From: Lytechinus pictus
Lineage: Eukaryota
DNA length: 64,000 nt
Direction: 5' to 3'
NCBI RefSeq assembly: GCF_037042905.1
Contig: NC_087246.1
Coordinates: 4,714,001-4,778,000 of the forward strand
This document shows positions 1-11,100 of this stretch, in pieces. Position 1 is the first letter of the stretch; every line of letters begins with the position of its first letter. The notes beneath the pieces are model-generated. The model was not told the origin of the DNA. It was given only the letters and a program-made list of their open reading frames with translations, and did not search any database. The position numbers and the translations under genes were made by a program.

Positions 1-8
1 TCCTATAC

Positions 9-200
9 CTCATCAAAGTCTCCTTTGACAATATGGACATCACTGGCCAAGGTTTTGAGGTAATCATAAGACTCCTTGGTACAAAGGTTTCCTGTGCATA
101 GGATGTGCTGGATCTTTCCTGGGACAAGAAGCTTCTTAAACTTGGCTGGCAGGCCACTCTGACGATGGGGAACATGGAGATCTCCTAGGACTAGCACCAA
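9..200 (-). CDS. VPS29: VPS29 retromer subunit, coding exon 2 (gene continues left of window)
   Basis: Encodes [13 protein letters not shown]...[41 protein letters not shown]. Acceptor ttttcag at 201-207 and GT donor at 7-8 on the minus strand. 192 nt, phase 0/0. Confidence 0.97.
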
Positions 201-566
201 CTGAAAATGGAATAAAATTACTAAACATCTTGAAAACAAAACAAACTAGATGGATTCTCAATTGCACAGTAAAAAATTATGCCTCTGTCATTGCCAGATG
301 TGAATGACATTGCATAATTGCTGATATTCTGAAAACCATCAAATTAAGCTAATCGCATGATTGTTAATCTCTTATTCAGTAACATTAAAAAGGTAAGTCT
401 TTGTATTTATATTGAAAAATACAATCCAACTTTCTTTCATATGAATATAAAAAAGCAAAGTGGAAACTAGCACTTAGAATAACATTGGAGACAAATTACA
501 TTGGACACTATGTGTACAAGGGCTTCCATTATTGAGATTTTGTGTAGCACATGTTCATCATCTTTA

Positions 567-969
567 AGCCTGGCGCACACTATGTGATTCATTGCAATCC
601 GAATTTCAAAGAAATTGTAGCAACATTTGATATGAACATTCCAACCAAAAAAATATTAGCGCTTAGAATTCAGAATAGTTGTAGGACTACTGAAATCGCA
701 ATTTAGTCTAGTTCTAGCCTCCCTGTAGGAATAAAAACAAATTAAATTCCAAATCATACTGATGTCATCATCGGCTGCGACTTGAAGTCAATTTCGACTT
801 TACTCCGACCACACGGCTTGCCGCAAAGCAAAATCATGATTTCATTATTCCTAACATCACGCTAAACTTCAAATGAAATAAATTTACTTCTTGGAACTTT
901 CATATTTAATGCAAACTGCGGTTTATTAAAAAATTGTGTCACATCGGATTGCATAGTGTGCGCTGGGCT
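567..969. mobile_element. PIF/Harbinger-type MITE
   Basis: TIRs agcctggcgcacactatg / catagtgtgcgctgggct, flanked by TTA on both sides. Confidence 0.75.
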
Positions 970-3900
970 TTAGCCATACATTGTATGTGTTCATGTTACA
1001 TCTTCACTGATAACAACCCACCCCATATCATAAATTTCATCTCTCCAGCTGTCTCATTACCCAATGTTTCTGAGTTTACCCTTTTTATACACCCCCCTCT
1101 CTCTCTCCATCTCTCTTACTCACTCTCTCCTCCTCCTCATCCATCTCCATCCACCTTTTTTATCTCTTTCACCTAGGAAGGCAAACACCGTACAGCCCAA
1201 AACAAGGTAAAAACAAGAGAACTAGGTCAGAATTAAGGTTATGGGGAAAAGCCAACAAGAAAATGAAATTTTCAAAGTGATGATTCCATTTGAAGTTGGC
1301 GAGTATAATGTCAAATTCATTGCTTCTTATCTTGTTCGATGAGTGTCAGGAAAGAAATTTAATTATAAATGTGTTTCAGTTAGAGCTCAAACATGTGTTT
1401 AAAATATTTACTTGGTCCAGGTTATGGTAGGCCTATAGACAATTGTATATGTACATATGTTTTGAATGTTTCAAAAGCAAGCGTTGGAAACGTTTGATAC
1501 CCCCCCCCCCTAGAGTATCAGGTGGATGCCATATTTTGTTCAAGTGTTAAAAATATTTCATACTAGCTAAGCATCTTCATACAGGTGTCATAAATAGTTA
1601 ATACTGTGCTTTAGCATTGAAGAATGTAGATGTACAGATGCACAGGAAGTCTTTTGTTATTAAGAATGTGTTGCTTTATGCACTCATCTGCTATTGAAAT
1701 TCTTTGAATTACGTTATAGAAACTTTACAGTTATTCCTATTAACGGTAGGGTATATTAGGAGGTTAGTTTCAGTAATTCAGGGAGAACCACCTAAGCTAG
1801 AATAGACTACAGATGATATTATAGGCAGTCCAAGTTAAAACTGAGGGACTACGTCGGTGACGAGATAACGACCCCAGCTGCCACCGGTTCTCCACCGACA
1901 TGATTTGTCATAATTCATGTCATCATTGGGGGCTCGATCTCGTCCACTAATTCGTTGAAGCCACATCTCTGATCTGGGGGCTACTCATCGAGGGGCAACA
2001 GTCTGCGGAGGTCGAGGCCGAGTGGAAGAGACATCGCAAGCTGCAGAGGCCAGGAACTGGACCGACCACCAGGGCCGAGTGGGGCATGTCAGGCCAGATG
2101 AGATGATGGGGGCTAGAGTCAACGATTACCGTTAAGTTAAGTTGTATTTTGTTATATCTGTGTATATTTTCATGTACAAATTATTGTAAAACAATCAAAA
2201 GAGAACATCAGAAAGATTGAAGAGATATGATTAAATCTTTTTATAACTCTAATAATCAGTTTTCCGTATTCCTTATTTGGTGTCAAGCAGAAGTAGGTAA
2301 ATAATTTAAAAAAGTCACTTCCCACGTGACAATGAGGAAATATACACACTCCGACTCTCGCAATAATTGAATGGGATTGAAACTAGGCACGACTGGCATA
2401 CCGAGTATTAGCACTCTTTCAAAGTACAAGGGTAAGATATAACCTTGTTCTCTGTTAGGACTCCCCCTGTGTGGTGAAATAAGGTTAGCAATTTTAGCTA
2501 ATTTTCTCTTGTTCTTGGGGGAAAATTCTTCTTTTTTTTTTTACACTGTCAGTTTTCATTACAGCTATTCATCACATACATGTAACTTGGCTTTAAAGTA
2601 AACTGAATTAATGTATGTTTTTCTATTTAATAAGAGACATTGTTTGGTCCAAAATCAAATTCAGACCAACTTTACGCCAAGAGAGGACCCACACAAAAAT
2701 ATGCTCCAAAGTTTTTGAGTGGTCTGGTGAATAAAAAAGATGATCCCCAAGTTAATAACAAAAAAAAGAAGTCATGACTGTATGTATGGAACTAAGTATG
2801 TTTTTTGGTTACAAAAATGATATTTTAAAGAACTGTTTTAATGTGTGTTGTGATTGTTGTATGATGCATAGATCGACATCATCATGTAGATCTAGATTCA
2901 CCACAGACAGGGTGGTTGCACTGTGCAAGTGAATATGATTTAGCTTACAAAGTTACATTTCACCCTATATCTACAATAATAGCATCACACGAACTCGGGT
3001 CCATGACTGTCAAATTCAATACAATGGCTTATAAAATGGAGTTCAGTTCTGGATCTAGTTGGTTTGATGTACATTTTTGGCAACAATGCATGAAGTCGGA
3101 TGTGTACTTAATTCATTTGGATTCTTTCAAAGAGTTCTTTGAATTCGGGGATTGGTGTAGCCTCCCTTAGTTACAGTATCAGGGAGTTTATTCCATTGGG
3201 GGATTGTTCTTGGGTATAAAGATTGCTGGTAGCATCTCTTATTTGCCCTTATGTGGTGGTAAACAAACTTCTTTGAAGAGTGCTGTGTTTTTATTTAGAA
3301 GTTTAGGTCTTTTTAATCGATTATTGCTAATTAAAATTAATTGAAATAATTAGCTTTAAAAAGCTATAAAATGACACCAAAATTAATTCTCTAACCCCTT
3401 GTATACGAAAGTTATTCATGTTTGAAATATGAAACCTGACTTTCCCATTGACTTTGTGTGTACCTCTCCCCCCTTAACCTCCCTCGCCATTTTTTGTTCT
3501 ATCAATCGCGGCATCACGAATTTACGAGCTATTGCGATCATTTTTTCAGACGTGATAGAGTATAGCTTTAGAATGATACCAATTTCATGACAATATCTCT
3601 CCGTTCAACCTAGATATGGAATGTTAAACTGAAGGAAAATTGATAAATGCGGAACAAAACCACCTTTTTGTGGGGCGAGTACAAGACGCATGGCCGCCTT
3701 GTTGTTGGCTTACTCTGAGCTGTGTTGATTCTCAAGAGATGTTTAATGTTAGTGTTACCATACTGGGAAATATATAATCCTAGAGTCCTTGTGACTTAGT
3801 TGTAGATGATCAGTAGGCGAGCTTTTGATTTTGATCATGTTTTTGTTGATCATCTCAGCCATCTGAGCATTTTTAACATTAATTGCGTTAAAAAAAGCCA

Positions 3901-4009
3901 TACAATATACTGAGGAGATCAAATTTTAATTTAGGTGTGGAAACAACCCACAACAAATTTAATAGGAGCAAAAAACAAACGAAAAAAGCCGCTAGCAGCT
4001 GTCAATTAA

Positions 4010-4880
4010 AGGACAAGTCCACCACAACAAAAAGTTGATTTGAATAAAGAGAAGAATCTAACAAGCATAACACTGAAAATTTCATTTAAAAAAATCGGAT
4101 GTAAAGTAAGAAAGTTATGACATTTTAAAGTTTTGCTTAATTTCACAAAACAGTTATACATGTATGCACATCCTAGTCGGTATGCAAATGAGGAGACTGA
4201 TGACGTCATCCACTCACTATTGTCTATTTCTTTTGTATTTCATTACATGAAATATTTTAATTTTCTCTTCATTGTCAAGGGAAACAACAATTAATTCCTC
4301 CCTGAACATGTGGAATTAGCATTGTTTAATACTATATGTTTCAGTCAAGGTGGTCCTTATTATTCATTGTCAATTTTTTTTATATGTAATTAAAATGAAA
4401 TATATAATTCAAACAATAAAAAACAAAAGAAATAGTGAGGGACATCATCAACCACTCACACGTATTGCGAGGTTAGTATTAGTATACTAACCTCGCACCA
4501 CGAACCGCGTTTGGCAGTGGATTTCTGTCGCGCGTGCTGGGATCTCACTTCTTGGGTCCACAACACACGACTTCTATGGCTTGAATTTTCTGTGCGCGGC
4601 GGCATGTACATATTGTAATGAACCCTTGGCCTTGGGTGATCATCAACATGATCAACTGGCTCATTTGCATCATGGTCTCATTTGCATGTCACTAAGTTGT
4701 GCATATCACTGTTTTGTGAAAAATAAGCGAAACTTCAAAATGCCATAACTTTTTTTATTTTACATCCGATTTTGATGACATTTTCAGCATTAGTCTTTTA
4801 CTTAGACTAGATCGACGCCCGTTTGATTTTTCTCTATTTTATTTATTCAAATCAACATTTTCTGGGGGTGGACTTCACCT
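4010..4880. mobile_element. TTAA-flanked (Kolobok-like) MITE with nested insertion
   Basis: ttaa|aggacaagtccacc...ggtggacttcacct|ttaa. Related copies at 18608-19545, 30411-30910, 31937-32431 and 38920-39511. Confidence 0.8.
4453..4638 (+). mobile_element. ~190-bp element with 9-bp TSD, copy 1
   Basis: cactcacacg...ccttgggtg flanked by atcatcaac on both sides; homologous to 14046-14246 and 14472-14659. Confidence 0.85.
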
Positions 4881-5212
4881 TTAAATTAAAGCTCAGTGTT
4901 GGAGCTCAGTTCAGCAGTCTCTTCTCAGGCTTTCAGCACCATGCAGCAAGCACCAACATTATTCATTAACACATGCGAAACAAACTTGAAAATGAAGTTG
5001 AAAAATGAAATCACACAAATTCCAATGAACATGACAGAAGACAGATGCAGTGGGACTGTATCATCAGCATGATCGGATTATCATGATTATGGACAAGATT
5101 TTGCAATATATAAGGAACATATATCGTTACTTTTCAATGAGTTCAATTTTAAAAAAATGAAATAAATGAGTGATACAAAATATTTCTAAAGAGATCTAGA
5201 GACGGTAATTAC

Positions 5213-5215
5213 CAT
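5213..5215 (-). CDS. VPS29: VPS29 coding exon 1 (ATG only)
   Basis: Minus strand reads aaaacATG|gtaatt. Joining to exon 2 gives the canonical MLVLVLGD start. It sits beside the divergent RAD9 start. Confidence 0.85.
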
Positions 5216-5432
5216 GTTTTCAGCAGGAACGGGAGATATGACCGGAAAAAATGACCAATGTTGACGCCCAGTCTCAACTCAGCTAGCTGCAAGGTTAGAA
5301 GATCAAGAAAGCCTTTCTTGATTGGACAAATACTCTTTAAAGGAGAATTATCGACCAATCAAATGCCTCTTCTTATTCTTAACGCGAGACCTATCAAGGC
5401 GCTGAATGTGAAAAACAATAAATCCAGACAAA
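5216..5432. promoter_or_regulatory. Bidirectional promoter and 5' UTRs of VPS29 and RAD9
   Basis: 217 bp between divergent ATGs. CCAAT at 5255-5259 and 5355-5359, ATTGG at 5321-5325, ETS-like CCGGAA at 5242-5247. Confidence 0.75.
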
Positions 5433-5466
5433 ATGAAGTGCATTATCCCAGGAAACAATGTCAAAG
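5433..5466 (+). CDS. RAD9: RAD9 (9-1-1 clamp subunit) exon 1
   Basis: MKCIIPGNNVK resembles human RAD9A MKCLVTGGNVK; donor G|gtactg. Confidence 0.92.
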
Positions 5467-6199
5467 GTACTGTGTCGTTTATTACTAGACCTATATTAGT
5501 TCATGAGATTTTGATAGATTGACATTGATGGATCGATTTATAAAATAGAGTGTTGACTGTGCTGTGGGAAAGATGAGACTGGAGTGAACAAGCGAGTCTT
5601 TTTTTTTGTGCGGTCCGTGTCGTACGATTTCTTGTCATGTTTTTTGTTTAATTCTACAGTGGCGCTAATGCACTTTCGCACCGGCCGAATTCGGTCAAAT
5701 TTCATTAGCATTAAGACCATTTAAGTAGATCTAAACTTAATTGTTCGTAAATGTCATATATAACTCTAGTGAGTGAGTGATATGATTGTAGGCCTCCTAT
5801 ACCGAACGCGCACATTTACGCATCAGACAAAAATAACTAACGACTAACGTGTCGTTAGTAAAGTTAACTTAAAATAAATATAAAATAAAGCAAACATGGC
5901 AAAGCATATGAAATTATGTCTGATGCATAAATGTGCTTGTTATTATTATATTTGTGCTTATTAAGCCTCAAATGAATAACGTTGGATCTAACCAGGGTGA
6001 CCAGATTTTACAAAATTCGGAATAATCAACAAAGCATGATGCACGAGCAAATGGACCAAGTCCATCAAGCAGCCAGGTCTTAGTAAAAAAAATCAACAAA
6101 AAAGGCTACACAGTGCTAGACTTGTAAAACAAAATGAACAAAAGAATGAAGGAGAGAAAGAAAAGAGATGAATTGAGAGGAAAGATATTAAAAATTAAG

Positions 6200-6381
6200 T
6201 GTGTGTGTATTTGAGTTTTGTCAGACGTGTATCAATCAGATATGATTATTTACGTCTGGGACCGACCTTTAACTTCAACATCCGAAAGACGTGACCAGGA
6301 CTCTAACCTCTGCATCAATTTGTAACTTCCCCACATAGTCATAGCTAGTAGCTTGGATTACAGGCGCACACCACAACGCCC
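6200..6381 (-). mobile_element. Candidate 7SL-derived SINE
   Basis: Minus strand begins GGGCGTTGTGGTGTGCGCCTGTAATCCAAGCTACT (7SL/Alu-like), ends in (CA)n, and is flanked by the 7-bp direct repeat aattaag. Confidence 0.7.
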
Positions 6382-6388
6382 AATTAAG

Positions 6389-6995
6389 GGGAAAACGAAG
6401 TAAAGATAATGAAGGAAAAAAAATAGAAGACAGAAAAGAAAGTTACAATAAAAGAAGGGAAGATGAATGAATGTGTGAAAGAAAAAATAAAGGAGAGAAA
6501 GGAAAAGGAAAAAAAAAAAAAGTAAGAAACAAGGAGGAAGAAAGAAAGAATTAAGTAAAGAAAAATGTTTCCTTCTTTCTTTGAAAGAAACAAAGAACGA
6601 AAAACCGCGAAGAAGGAAGGAAGGGGGAAAGGGAATTAGAAGGAAAAAAATAAAATAAAAGAATTAAAGAAATGATGAAAGAGACAGAAGAAAGAATGGA
6701 GGAGAGAATGAAAAAAAAAAGAAAATAATGGAAGGAGAAAGAATGAAAAGATGAAGGGAGAAGGAAGGAAAGAAAATTTTAAGGAAAGAAAGAATGAAGG
6801 GAATAAAAAAAAGGAAAGTAAGAGAAAGAAGAACAAAAAGATAAATAAACAGACAGAGAGAAAGGATCAGGAAAGATTGGAAATAAAGATAAATGGAACA
6901 AAAAAAAGGCAAGCAGGAAGGATAGAAGGATGACCAAAGAAGGATAGAATTAGAATAGAAAGAAAAATGAACGAAAGAAAGAAAGAAAGAAAAAA
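6389..6995. repeat. GA-rich low-complexity tract
   Basis: Almost purely A/G; source of the F/S/L-rich spurious ORFs. Confidence 0.9.
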
Positions 6996-7367
6996 TTTTT
7001 AATGATATTTGTTTTTTTTTAGATATATTTTTAAATTCTTAGAAAGCAAATGTTTTAGAAATGAATAAAATCTCAAAGTGAAACGTCAAACTAAAAAATT
7101 AGATGAAACATCAGGGCATCTCTCATCCCAATACAAGATCACAACAAGACTCAAAACAAAAGCTGAAACAACTAGATCTAGTGATGAAAACTCAATAACT
7201 TGCTTCTCCAATTACATCACCAAATCAGTACCGGTAATCTGAGAATCCATAATATAATTATGAAGATTTCCCACCGATTTGTGATTATTTTGGTGGAAAA
7301 CTGTTCATCATGTGAGATTGTTTGCACCATTGAGAATCTGCTCCGATCGATCCCAAGCCTAGCTATA

Positions 7368-8177
7368 CAGTGCGTCCCAGAAAAAAAGAAACCGAGATTT
7401 AGCGACGATTTATCATAACCTAATCATAAATACAATAGACAAATGACCTACCAATGTAAAGCTTAGAATTTCTTCTTTCATCTGATATTACTTAGATTAT
7501 TCCTCATTCACGCATAAGGGAGCAAAAACAATTTGAAGAAAGGATACCAAAAACTAATTTGGCGGGGGGTGTCTGAATTTCAAAAAGAAAATCACATGCC
7601 TATAAAGTTCAATATCTATTATTTGATACCTTAATCACAGAAAATGATCAAGAAGTAAAAAAGTTATGTTCCCTCGAAACAATGCTTGTATTTCCATAAT
7701 TTCATTAAATAAACGTGTTTCACCGGTTTCCCACAAGCTATCGCACGGTTAACAAAAGACTTAATGCATGGCTGATCGTCAACAAAACGGAGTGTCGAGT
7801 GAGTTTGAACGCTAGCCTGTAAAACCTCTTCATTTTATGAAATTATTGAAATTCAAGCCTTATTTCAAATAACCAGAAATTTATTATTTCTTGACCATTT
7901 TCTGTAATTGAGGTTTCAAATTAAAGAGCAGATATTGAACTTTTTGAATAGGGATTTCTTTTTGAAACCCAGATACAGCCCGCCAAATGACTTTTTGGTA
8001 TCCCCTCTTCAAATTGTTTTTGCTCACTCATGCGTGAATTTGAAATAATCTAAGTAATTTCAGATGAAAGAGGAGATTCTAAGCTTTACAATGGTAGGTC
8101 ATTTGTCTATAGTATTTGTGATTAAGCTATGATAAATCATCGCTAAATCTCGGTTTTGTTTTTTATGGGACGCACTG
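7368..8177. mobile_element. Tc1/mariner-type MITE with long (~240 bp) TIRs
   Basis: ta|cagtgcgtccca...tgggacgcactg|ta; the two arms are reverse complements over more than 200 bp. Confidence 0.88.
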
Positions 8178-11100
8178 TATAGTAGCCTGCCACATATACA
8201 TGTAGGCAGGAGGCCAGTGCAGGCCTTGTGCATGCATACAGAAGCTAGTACATGTTGACTTTGCATATGTGCAGGCCTGCATGTGTGTGTGTGTGTGTTT
8301 AGGTGAAGATCGAAGAAAATATTGGGTAGCAACTAGCAAGAAAATCACCGGAGAACTTGCAAAAGTATGGTAATCGATTTTATTGTTGTCTCTGCTTCGT
8401 CATCTGTTTATATTTGCCTGTTATTTGATGAAAATTCTTCACTTTTCTATGTATTAATTATGTTTTGTTCAATATTCTAAAAAAACAGGACAAATAGGCA
8501 TCCCAGGAAGGGTTTGTCGAGACACCGGGACAAAGCAAAATACGGGATGATCCTGGGAAACACAGGACGTCTGGTCACCCTGGATCCGACTGTTAAACTT
8601 TCCAACATCCTTCCCATGGTGTTCCGGGCCCAGGGCCGGGAATGAATAGAAAATGTTAAAAAATTGTCAAAAACACATTTTCAAAGTCTTTATATTCTCA
8701 AAATAAAGAGATATTTAAAAACTAGCTCATCACTGGTGAATTTTGTTGTTTTCTGAACTTTTCCCACAGAAAACGCATGTTCGCGTTAGGTAATTTTCAA
8801 ATGACCAAAATATTTCACATGCTAAGAGGGGTGCGATATTCAAAGCTGATATAGTAAACAAAAAAACAAATTAGATCTAGACATATTGCTATTTGTGTAT
8901 TTATGGTGAAAGTTCAATGGATTTCATTAGATCTTGTGTGTTTGATCATGTTGATATGATTGAATTCATGAAAAGTGTTCAAAAGTGTAGAGTGGCCAGA
9001 GCGGTAGGCAAAGGGCGTGGTTCTAACTTACTTGATGATTGCCTGTGATGAACTGCCCTAGGCTGAACAACTTTGAACCTCAGGGGTTTATTTGGCATAT
9101 ATTTACATGCTTGAGTTATATATAACACAGATAAATAATGAATATTCAAATAGCAAAGGTTACTGTAGCAAATAAAAGAAATACATGAGTATACATGGCA
9201 TGAATAGCTGCTATTGAATATTAATGAACTTATGTCAGACGGAGAGAACCAATCAGAGACTTAGCAAGAGTCAAGTACCGGTATGTGTGAACATGAGCAT
9301 GAACAAAAGAGAGGGATGGAAGAGTGGATCTTGTATGTTTAAAGGAATGTACATGTAAAGAAGGTGATGGAAGAAAATATGGAATTTGATGACTAACAGA
9401 GGAGAGAGGATGATCAAGAAAAATAAAGAACACATCTATAAATAACATTACCTATTCTTGAAACCCTTTTCACACTACAGTTCTACAATAGTATGATCCA
9501 CTAGTACCATACTCCTGGTAATGCACTGGTCATTTGCATGACGCACCTCTTGACCCCCGGGAATGGTGGTCAAGGTTGCGTCATGTTTCCCAGAATCGTG
9601 ACTCACAGTTCCGTCGTGGACGCAAAATGTCTCTCACAAGACTGACCCATATGTGTATCATACGTCAATTTACACCGTTGCATCATTTGATGTGTCAATG
9701 GACCATCACTCTTCTCCAAGCTCGTCTTGAATTGTGTCATAGGCTATAGGATCGTCATGTTTTTTATATTTCCAACGAGGGATTGGGTCATTGGGATGAA
9801 GAAAATGATGGCACAGCAGCGGATTATTCGCGATGAGCTGCCGATTTTGATTTGAAGCTTGACAGCTCGGTCGCACAACATCAAGTGTTGTGTTGTGTTT
9901 GTGATGAGGGAGGGTGCAAACACGCATTGCTCCTTGCAAGTGAAACACTATTCTCAATTCTATTTTATTCAATTTCATGTTAGGCCTAAATAAGTAGTGC
10001 CAGTTTAGCTCTCGAATGCCATATCCACGGGGGACCAGCCAAAACTGCCGTTATGCCCACTGAGGTCACAACATCTCATGCATATGCACGTCGGTGTACG
10101 TCGATGTCATGTAATGGTGTGTCACTTTCTGTGATGGAGGGTGCGTCATGGTATCAAAATGTAAGACTCACATTGCAAGGCTTGACATTAGCAGCAGTGG
10201 CCTGGGGCCACCAGAAATTCACCCCGGGCAACCATTATTGAAAAGTGCTAAGTTTTGGAGGCCCAAATCGGGCAACCAATAATTTTCTAAGTAGCGCAAT
10301 TTTTCTCCCGATTTTGCACGCATTTATCAATTTCTACAGTTCAAAGTGCGAGCCAGTTCGTCATGCGACTTTTCCTTTGATCTACACACAAATACAATCA
10401 TAAATTTTGCATAGTCATTACAGTACGTACCGCTATAGCATACAGTAGCTATATCCAGCTGCCTGCCTGGCCGTTGCAGCTATGCGCTAGCAGCCTATAC
10501 AGACTCAGAGCTGCACTATGAAATGTTGCGGCTAAGAAATCTTCCACAGAACTAAGTCAATTCACAAAGTATTTTTTTTTTTAATTGAAAAATTGCCAAC
10601 CCTGCAAACAATTACTGCTAGTGAAATTTGACCAAAGCCTACTGGTGCAAAACTGCATTAGTGCCCTAGTAGCATGGTACTTGTGGATCGCATTAGCACA
10701 TTATCAAACACTTTTCATAAATTCAATCATATCAAACACAATATTTTCCTAGTATAATTCATTAAACTTCCACCATTAATACGTATAAAAACTAAAGATG
10801 TAAAAGTTTTGCCAAGATAAATCATAAAGTCTTTTTGATTTGATTGATTTGATTTTTATTCATATCATTGTCAACATTACAATCATTTGTTGTTAGTATA
10901 ATCACAATGATAATATACGTACATGAAAGGATCATCATAAGCTCTAAGAGCTTGAGAGCGATGTCCAAAATATATACAAAAATTATACAATAGCTAAAAG
11001 AATACTATCAATGATGGAAGTATCAAATTAGATTTTAGAATTGAATTTTTAATTAAGTTTTCGTTTTTTAACGATATATTAAAGCTTCTGATCACACCCA

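Larger units (their letters stand above)
5993..8582. mobile_element. hAT-like non-autonomous element with nested insertions
   Basis: Perfect TIR cagggtgaccaga / tctggtcaccctg; degenerate 8-bp TSD gatctaac / gatccgac. Confidence 0.7.

Noticed and set aside
6200..6381. Functional 7SL gene, human Alu contamination or hammerhead ribozyme
   Set aside because: Lacks the SRP S domain and Alu dimer/poly-A, has its own TSD and non-Alu body, and has no CUGAUGA/GAAA core.
6384..6933. Hydrophobic F/S/L-rich ORFs resembling membrane proteins
   Set aside because: Artefact of GA-rich low-complexity DNA.
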